From positions 41,459-73,458 of the forward strand of contig MTSL01000219.1 of NCBI GenBank assembly GCA_002794465.1: DNA of 32,000 bases, given 5' to 3'. The notes beneath the pieces are model-generated. The model was not told the origin of the DNA. It saw only the letters and a list, made by a program, of their open reading frames with translations, and did no database searches. This stretch comes from Paramicrosporidium saccamoebae KSL3. Lineage: Eukaryota > Fungi > Cryptomycota. Of the stretch, positions 25,286 through 32,000 are shown in pieces (the stretch's first letter is position 1; every line of letters starts with the position of its first letter). The position numbers and the translations under genes are program-made.

Positions 25286-25313
25286 GATTGAATAAAGCCC
25301 TGGAAACTGTACT
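25286..25313. promoter_or_regulatory. Putative bidirectional promoter (28 nt) between OXA1 and POL31
   Basis: Head-to-head ATGs at 25285 (minus) and 25314 (plus). Confidence 0.5.
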
Positions 25314-26782
25314 ATGCCCGAAATTCGCAGTTTTCGACAAAATTCAGTGGAAAGTTCAGCGTCTCAAAGTGAGGATGTTAAGAAAGTATACACACACCAG
25401 TTCTCGCAAATATATTTCTGCCGCCTGAAAGCCCTATTGCCAATTCTGAAGAATCGGGCAGCGTCGTCGTGGTGCACTAATCAGAAGGGTTCTCCGAAAT
25501 TGGTCGAACGTATCCTTGAACTGCATCCAGGCGAGGATTCCATAGTTTTCGGGACTATTTATGCAGAGTTACCAAACAAGCCCAATATCCTAAAGGACTT
25601 AGAGGGTGACGTACGCTACTTTCATTAGTCTGACTTTGACAGTTAGGTTTTCCCGTCCTGCAAACCCCATCCTCGTATCTGGGGGGCGACCACCTGTATT
25701 ATATCGAAGATGAATCTGGAAGATTGGAATTGTCATTTTCAGAATTTGGTCGCGAGCTGAGCCCTGTTACTGGCACTTGCATGGCCATTAGAGGATTTGA
25801 GAGACCTGATGGTAAATTTGAATTCAAAGACTATCTGCTACCGGGACTTGCCCCATCGTCTAGTAGGACTATTCCCAGTAAGAAATCTAGCGTCTTTTAG
25901 AACTGTCCGTTTAGGAGTGGCCACGTACGCAGCCATTGTCTCGGGACTCCAATTTGGGCATGACGAGCAAGATGATCTTTCCATTGATCTATTATTTGAC
26001 TTTTTGATGGGAAATCACCAGTTGGAAACTCAAATCCCGGCCTGTCAAATCTCTTCTGTAGTGTTTGCCGGAAATAATTGCTGCATCGCAAAAAGGACAG
26101 ACGAGTCGATCAAGGTGCCTGATTCTTGGCATCCAGTCTTTACTTGTTAGAAACGATATGGGCATGACCATGTACGGTACGACCTTGGCCCACTGCAGGA
26201 ATTCGATAGCCGGTTATCACTACTGAGCCAATCTGTTTCAGTGGTTGTGATTCCTGGCTCTACGGATCCTGTTGGCTGTGCGCTGCCGCAGCATCCGTTC
26301 AAACGAGGTATTCTACCATCTAGTGCCAAGTCGCCCAACACTGTTCTTCTTGCGAATCCGTCAGTAGTGTCCTTGGAAGGAGGAAGTTTTCTCTTAACTT
26401 CGGGACAAAACATTGAAGACATGCTGCGTTATACCAATGACAAGGATCCTCTTAAAATGGCCGAGCTTGTCTTGAATTCTCGCCATATAGCTCCCTCAGC
26501 ACCTGATACGCTATGTAGGTTGTGACAACATTCATTTACATGTTTTTAGGGTGCTACCCATTTTGTGAAAAGGATCCATTCATTTTGAGCCAAAGTCCTC
26601 ATTGCTTGGTCATTGGCAACCAAGAAAGCTATGCCGCATCAACCGTCTCGGGAGTTTCCATAGAGACTGGAGAGATGTCGTCGGTTCATGTGATCCTCTC
26701 TCCGTCCTTTCATGCTTCAAAGACAATAGTCCTTGTAGATCTTTGTGACCTTACCTGTCACCCGCTTTCTTTTGGAGTGTAG
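25314..26782 (+). CDS. POL31: DNA polymerase delta small (B) subunit, Pol31/POLD2 (4 introns)
   Basis: YTHQFSQIYFCRL, GTIYAELPNKPNILKD, YIEDESGRLEL, IVSGL, VIPGSTDPVGCALPQHPF, RHIAPSAPDTLWCYPF (after splicing) and PHCLVIGNQ motifs. Confidence 0.93.
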
Positions 26783-27030
26783 TTAGCATAATAAAGGCGT
26801 CATCGAGATGATGGTTGCTATTGTAATAAATCCAATTTCGACTTCTCGCCCATCGAAACAATAAGTTTGTAAAGTAGTGGAATGTTTAGCCGGGTATTTG
26901 TCCAAGCAGGGAAGGGAGTCAGAGGCGAGGAGTGGAATGAGAATATTGACTCCAATATTTGGACATTGACGCCATGCCGGCGAGTCGCAAGTTCTAATAA
27001 AAAGGCTTTTACTGCCAGTCTTGCGACTTG

Positions 27031-27623
27031 TTAGTCTAATTTTATGACTTCCAGTTCAATGGGGCACAGGACTTTTCGCATTGCATATGCATCTTCGCCG
27101 TCAGCGTAATATTTTTCCTCAATTCCAGAATTTAGGAAACCCAGAGTTTCTTTGTAAAGATGAAGCGCGGCTTTGTTGCTTTTCCGTACATGGAGAGTGA
27201 CATGTGCTGCATCGTACACTTGGCACATGGCCCTTTCTAAACCATGCATTAGTTAGGATAAGGTGGATGGTACGGGATTGGCGCATCAATCTTTCTGCAA
27301 GTCCAAGCCGCCGATAATTCCTCATGACTGCTACCGATGTGATGTGCCCATGGGGCTTGGACGAAGAGCCCTCTTCTTCCCTAAAGGTTCAGATACACAG
27401 GTGATATACTACATTTTGGCCAAGACATACCCGACTATGGTGCCTGAATCGTCTTCTGCCACCCATGAGCACTGGGGCCAAGAGAGTATGTGATAGATGT
27501 AATATTTCAGCTGGTAGTTTTCGGGGAGATTGTGAAGGTTACAATTCTGAACCTGAATCAGGTCTTCAACCTATACATTCAGTAGGATGGATACTAGCCC
27601 ACTTTGCACGGCCTAATGTTCAT
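27031..27623 (-). CDS. NAA10: NatA catalytic subunit Naa10/Ard1 (about 163 aa, 3 introns)
   Basis: Spliced [85 protein letters not shown] and [12 protein letters not shown]. Confidence 0.95.
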
Positions 27624-27661
27624 AGTGTGTTTGAGACGAAAAGAAAGACAATTTTCTTTTT
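27624..27661. promoter_or_regulatory. Putative bidirectional promoter (38 nt) between NAA10 and COQ10
   Basis: Head-to-head ATGs at 27623 (minus) and 27662 (plus). Confidence 0.5.
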
Positions 27662-28287
27662 ATGATAATACATAGGAGGCATGCAATCCAATCTTTTTTG
27701 TCGAAAGTCTTTATCCATACAATGCCCCTCCCAAAAAGTCACCGTGACCAAAAACTTATCCCGTAGCCAGAGATTGTAGGCTAATATTAGATTCACAGTT
27801 GAGCAGGTATACTCTGTAATCTCAGATGTGGACAAGTATCCCGAATTCGTTCCTTGGTGTGTTGGCACACAGGAGACTGAAAGATTCTTGACGGATGCCG
27901 ACCAAAAGTTTGTTGAGGCGGGCGGAATATCTGCGGCAAACACAGTTAGATACATTGAGATGGCGGTTGGATTCAAAGCTCTCAATGACAAGTATGTTTC
28001 CCGGGTTCTAAGCACTGCAAACGAGAGCGTCTACGTATGCTCCATTGAACTTTTTCTCAAAACCATAGGCAGAGGCCATTGATGCGCGTCTCTTTAAGCA
28101 TCTCGTTTCAGAGTGGCGCTTTTCTCCTGCAGGAAGCTCATGTCTGGTCAATTTCAAAATCGACTTTGAGTTCCGATCATATCTGTATGCGTATTTTGCA
28201 AACATGTTCTTTGCAGAGGTTGCGCTTAGAATGGTGGATGCATTCGAAAAGAGATGCCACGAGCTCTTTGATTCCAAGTCTAGTTAG
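27662..28287 (+). CDS. COQ10: Coenzyme Q-binding START-domain protein Coq10 (about 187 aa, 2 introns)
   Basis: Spliced KLIPFTVEQVYSVISDVDKYPEFVPWC, MAVGF, YVSRV, LFKHLVSEWRF, VNFKIDFEFRS and MVDAFEKR. The N-terminus is presequence-like. Confidence 0.9.
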
Positions 28288-28320
28288 ATTTTTGACCAAA
28301 GTTGCAAGTATTTTGTGTAT

Positions 28321-30058
28321 TTAGAGTTTTGAATAATCATTAACTATACTACTGGAGTGCTCTCGCCGTCTACAACAAAGCGCCTTACCAATCAGTGTCA
28401 GTATGTGTCTTCTGAAGAAGAATATGAGCAGCAATGCCGGGAGAGAGCCAAGAAGGACTCCAACGAGCAGGGTAGTCTTTCGAGACTGGAATGGCGAAGG
28501 AATGGTTTTGGAGATGGGGTTTTCGTCGACTGGACCATCGCTATAGTCTAGTATCATCCGGCTTCCAAATTCTTCTGGGAATACAGCAGCACTCTAGAAA
28601 TTTAGTGGTGTGAAAGCCAAGAACCTCCAAAGTTATAATCACAGAATCAACAGTCTTGCAATCTTCACAAAATGGACGTATAAACTTCCAGGAAACATTG
28701 ACGATTCCCGCTCCCAGTCGAATGGCTGGCATGGGGATTTCTGGAAGGGATGCATGATCATCGTGATCTGCCGTCCATGAGTAGCTCTCGATACCATTTA
28801 TGGACACGGTCAAACGATCTTGATCAGCAAGCGGCCCGTCGGTGCTCCAGCGGAAAGCCAGCACAGGGTTCTGAACTTGATGGCTCTATGAAGGGTAAGA
28901 TTTTCCTAAAGAGAGTACAATATTTAGCCGGACGGTGTAGTCAGACTCTCCCGAATCCATCTGAGGCAATAGCCGCACAGAATCGCGCGTTATTAACCAC
29001 GGGTTGCAATTTGTTACATTTCTCATGGCGCAGTCACGAAATATGTATCGATCGAAACTTCCAGACTCGGGACGTTCATTCTCCAGACAGCGTAACGGCT
29101 CACATGACGTGGTGCTTTGCAGAACTGTGATTCCCGTGGCATGCACCGTTCTTGCCTGGACGTTCACCCAATCAGACATGAACAGGATCTCTTTTGCAGC
29201 TCTCCTGGCACCTGGGCATAAGTATGTTGAATTATATGGTGGAAAGGAGCCAAGGCTAGAACAATCTGGATCACTCTTAATGTAAATGATTCTTTGGCAT
29301 CGGCCAAGCCCAATCGGAACAGATAGATCTCTTAAATCTTCTAACGTGCAATCACATGGAACCATATATGTCGAGTTTTTTTGCACCAAAAGTCTTGGCT
29401 TGATGCATATTCTACCATCCAGGACCTCATATGTCATGGATCGTCGACGGAGCCCGTTTGGAAAATGTTGACAGTGCCCAAATCTGACGAAATAGTCATC
29501 GTTTCGACATTCTATACGATCACCACTGGCCACTATGATTTTACCTACTTTGGGTGCATTCAAATTGTAATTAAAGTCTTCATCGATGCATTGGGTGTCC
29601 TTGAGGTTGGATGAAAAAAGTACATCGCTGGTAGATCCAATGTTCTCATTTGTACACTGATCCATTAGCAAATGTCTATGGTGAGCGCATAGCATGGCAG
29701 AACCTGACAGAGTGGCAAATCCCAACATGTTCTCCAAAGGAACCACAGTCACGAGCGCTCATCAAGCACGAGGCCTTCATGAGTGCCTCTAGACACTGGG
29801 CGTCCTTGGCTGTTGCTGCTATCTCTTTGGATTATGACGCAATAATTACCATGTACTTTGGACGTAGTCAAAGTCAATTTTTGCAAGATTCCTCCTACTC
29901 AATGCCGAAATTTTGTTGAAATATTTCCCACACAACTCTGAGTCCTTGCTGAAGGACTGACAACTGTCGGATCTACTAGCGAAGCTATTACTGGTGAACA
30001 GTCCTCCACGCACAAAATGGAGCAAAACCAATAGGGCAATGCTCATGCCCAAAACCAT
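28321..30058 (-). CDS. Cys-rich type I membrane protein (535 aa; introns 29819-29856, 29676-29703, 28886-28918, 28594-28624): Frizzled-like CRD, ELAPOR/KIAA1324-like modules, TM helix, YSKL tail
   Basis: Four ORF fragments join in frame via GT-AG introns (1608 nt). Signal peptide MVLGMSIALLVLLHFVRG, Cys-rich ectodomain, TM LLVGVLLGSLPALLLIFFF followed by RRH, and C-terminal DYSKL. Domain assignments come from cysteine spacing and remembered motifs only. Confidence 0.7.
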
Positions 30059-30113
30059 TGTGCCCGGTTGTAAACAAAAAAGTGTATTTATCCAAGTCGA
30101 CACGAGTCTAAGA

Positions 30114-30532
30114 TTAACCAAACGTATTCTCACCAGAATAAACAACGTAGAGGAATCCATCCGGGTCATGCTTTTGAATGTAAACGGTGGAAATTGACTG
30201 GTGAGCGGGAAGAAGTGAATTATTCACAAACAGAAATATCGAGGTCTGTGATGAGACTTTTATGCGATTTCGGATAATTGTGGTCAGATTCCCAATAGTA
30301 AATTCCCCAGGAACCAAGAGCCTTTCGGAGGCCAAGTCCGGAAGATCGCTACTGGAAAGTTTTTCGCAAATTACCTAAACATTGGGCACATTTGACCTTG
30401 CTACTGGGATTCTGTCAGGATATTGCCCCCGAAGGTTGTCCGATTTACTTTTTCTTTCTTCTATAAATAAGATAAAGACGCCAAGTTAAGCATGCTACTT
30501 TGGTCGTACTGAAGTTTGAAACTGGTAGACAT
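30114..30532 (-). CDS. ATG8: Divergent Atg8-family ubiquitin-like protein (116 aa; introns of 38 and 30 nt)
   Basis: Spliced MSTSFKLQY...YPDRIPVICEK...LLVP...IFLFVNN...DGFLYVVYSGENTFG*, collinear with yeast Atg8 residues 1-116. Confidence 0.93.
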
Positions 30533-30597
30533 GGCTGCACCTTGCACAAAGCTATCGAACAGGGGGCGACCGTCCATTTAGCCAAGATAAAATGTAT

Positions 30598-30942
30598 TCA
30601 CATAGGCTCTATAAATACTGTTGTAGTCTTTAGGGAATCGCCATCGTGCTCTGTAATACACGTACTTGTAGGTTCATCGGGAACATCTTGTTCTTCTATT
30701 TCAGCTACCACCATCTGAACGGCCTTTGATATCCGCTGCCGACGCTGTCGGTTTCGGTCTCTACGGATTTCGTCTACGAATTTTTGCTGCTTTTCCTTGG
30801 CCTTTTGCTTTTTGAGCTTGTTGCGCTTTTCAAATCCAGTCAAAAATTCATGTCTGGCTTTGGTGTCAAATATAACCTTTGTCTGTTGCTTTGTCCTGCC
30901 GTTCTTCTTTGGTACTGCGGAGCCGTTCAAATCTTCCGCCAT
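30598..30942 (-). CDS. RRP17: Nucleolar Rrp17/NOL12 (Nop25 domain) protein, about 114 aa
   Basis: VIFDTKARHEFLTGFEKRNKLKKQKAKE matches the Nop25 signature (FDxxAR-EYLTGFHKRK). First ATG at 30942; the ORF-track start is TTG. Confidence 0.8.
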   Translation of the reverse strand: MAEDLNGSAVPKKNGRTKQQTKVIFDTKARHEFLTGFEKRNKLKKQKAKEKQQKFVDEIRRDRNRQRRQRISKAVQMVVAEIEEQDVPDEPTSTCITEHDGDSLKTTTVFIEPM

Positions 30943-31115
30943 GGATATACCTGGATATAGCCCCGGCAACAGTTGCCTTATTCTCCAGCATTGTGAATAA
31001 TGCGAGGCCTGTAGTAGCGATCCTGCTTAATTTTGAGTGAAAGGCGGTGTTGAAGAGCGAACTGGTTCTTACAAAAGTATGTGGCATATAGGAAGCCATC
31101 CTTAAGGAGACGGGA

Positions 31116-31553
31116 ATGGCTTGTGGGATCGCTATCAGGGCCGAACTCGCCAATGATAAGCGTGTGACATAGAGGTAGAGGATTGATTAGTTGGGTATTT
31201 GTGTGCTAGAGTGGATCGCTTTGCTGGGTATTTGAGGACAGTGAGATGTGGATCCATACTATTATAGGATTAGCAGTAAACAGACCCCCTTCCTGTCCAT
31301 ACTATTTATCCCCACTACGCGACAAGCGGAAGAGGTTTGATAGGTTGCTTTTACTAAAGAGTGCATCTCCTTTTTAGATGATACCCACCCATTGTTAACA
31401 GCCCTGATAATGAGTGGATACTGTTCTACAAATCCTTTATCTCTGGCTTGTATATATGCTATATCATCTCACAATTACGACTATAAAGCGACGATTGGGC
31501 TCTTTGCATCCGCGTACTTTCTAACAGATGGCTGTTATCGACTTTGTATCTGA
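31116..31553 (+). CDS. Possible uncharacterised spliced small protein (low-confidence model)
   Basis: An open frame can be assembled with three short GT-AG introns (MACGIAIRAELANDK-LGYLCARVDRFAG-ISSKQTPFLSILFIPTTRQAEE-CISFLDDTHPLL...RLCI*). No family was recognised, and the model overlaps the ALDH 3' end by 33 nt. Confidence 0.2.
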
Positions 31554-32000
31554 GAAGAACTCCAACGCATATGTACCACCTTCTCTCCCATAACCACTGG
31601 ATTTCACCCCACCGAAGGGAGTGGCCAGGTCACGTACCATCCAGCAGTTGATCCAGACCACACCGCTCTTTATTCCACGAGCGACGCGCTGGCCTCGCTT
31701 TCCGTCAGAAGTCCAGACCGAGGCTGCCAAGCCATATTCAACGTCATTGGCAAGCATAACAGCTTCCTCTTCGGTATCAAATGGCATGACACAGACAACA
31801 GGACCAAAGATTTCCTCTTGAATAACTCGTGACTTTTGCGAAACACCGGTGATGATTGTCGGAGAGACAAAGAACCCACCCTCACAGCCAGACACTGACA
31901 CTGCCGAGCCACCGCATAGAATCTGGGCTTTTTCGCCGCGGGCAAGATCAATATATGAAAGCACCTTTTCCTGATGGGCCTTGCTTACCAAGGCGCCCAT
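31521..32000 (-). CDS. Aldehyde dehydrogenase C-terminus, ALDH8A1 / 2-aminomuconate semialdehyde dehydrogenase-like; 5' end outside the window
   Basis: GFFVSPTII, IQEEIFGPVVC, ANDVEYGLAASVWT and WINCWMVRDLATPFGGVKSSGYGREGG. The NCWxxRDL motif is typical of the ALDH8/HMS dehydrogenase group. Confidence 0.88.
   Translation of the reverse strand: MGALVSKAHQEKVLSYIDLARGEKAQILCGGSAVSVSGCEGGFFVSPTIITGVSQKSRVIQEEIFGPVVCVMPFDTEEEAVMLANDVEYGLAASVWTSDGKRGQRVARGIKSGVVWINCWMVRDLATPFGGVKSSGYGREGGTYALEFFSDTKSITAIC

Noticed and set aside
27004-27016. U5 snRNA loop-1-like GGCTTTTACTGCC inside a hairpin
   Set aside because: It lacks the invariant GCCUUUUAY, and the nearest Sm-like site is imperfect and lies within the NAA10 CDS on the antisense strand.
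30970-31180. DGFLYATY peptide on the minus strand, resembling the Atg8 C-terminus
   Set aside because: No other Atg8 or Atg12 features upstream, no terminal Gly and no workable gene model.

Overview
A gene-dense eukaryotic window: about 18 protein genes with tiny GT-AG introns (about 24-41 nt), intergenic gaps often under 70 nt, and one convergent stop-codon overlap. I found no tRNA, rRNA, CRISPR array or mobile element. Gene order: CRM1/XPO1 (5' end outside the window), Twinkle-like helicase, EDC4/Ge-1, NOT1, a stand-alone Vps54_N protein, SWT1, pantothenate kinase, SGF73/ataxin-7, a GPI-type chitin-deacetylase-like protein, an NT-C2/EEIG1-like protein, ATR/MEC1, OXA1, POL31, NAA10, COQ10, a Cys-rich type I membrane protein, a divergent ATG8, RRP17/NOL12 and an ALDH8A1-like dehydrogenase (5' end outside the window). 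Fungal-type core genes, retained mitochondrial genes (Twinkle, OXA1, COQ10) and extreme compaction suggest an early-diverging fungus such as a Rozellomycota/Paramicrosporidium-like lineage; this is inference, not a search result. All gene models were spliced by hand and all family calls come from motif recognition; no database search was run. The strongest lead is a hidden 5-exon, 535-aa receptor-like gene combining an 8-Cys Frizzled-type CRD, ELAPOR/KIAA1324-like modules, a TM helix and a YSKL tail. Other leads: a helicase-only Twinkle, a catalytically dead chitin deacetylase homolog, an Atg8 with an altered LIR-docking site, and a NOT1 5' exon with no AUG.
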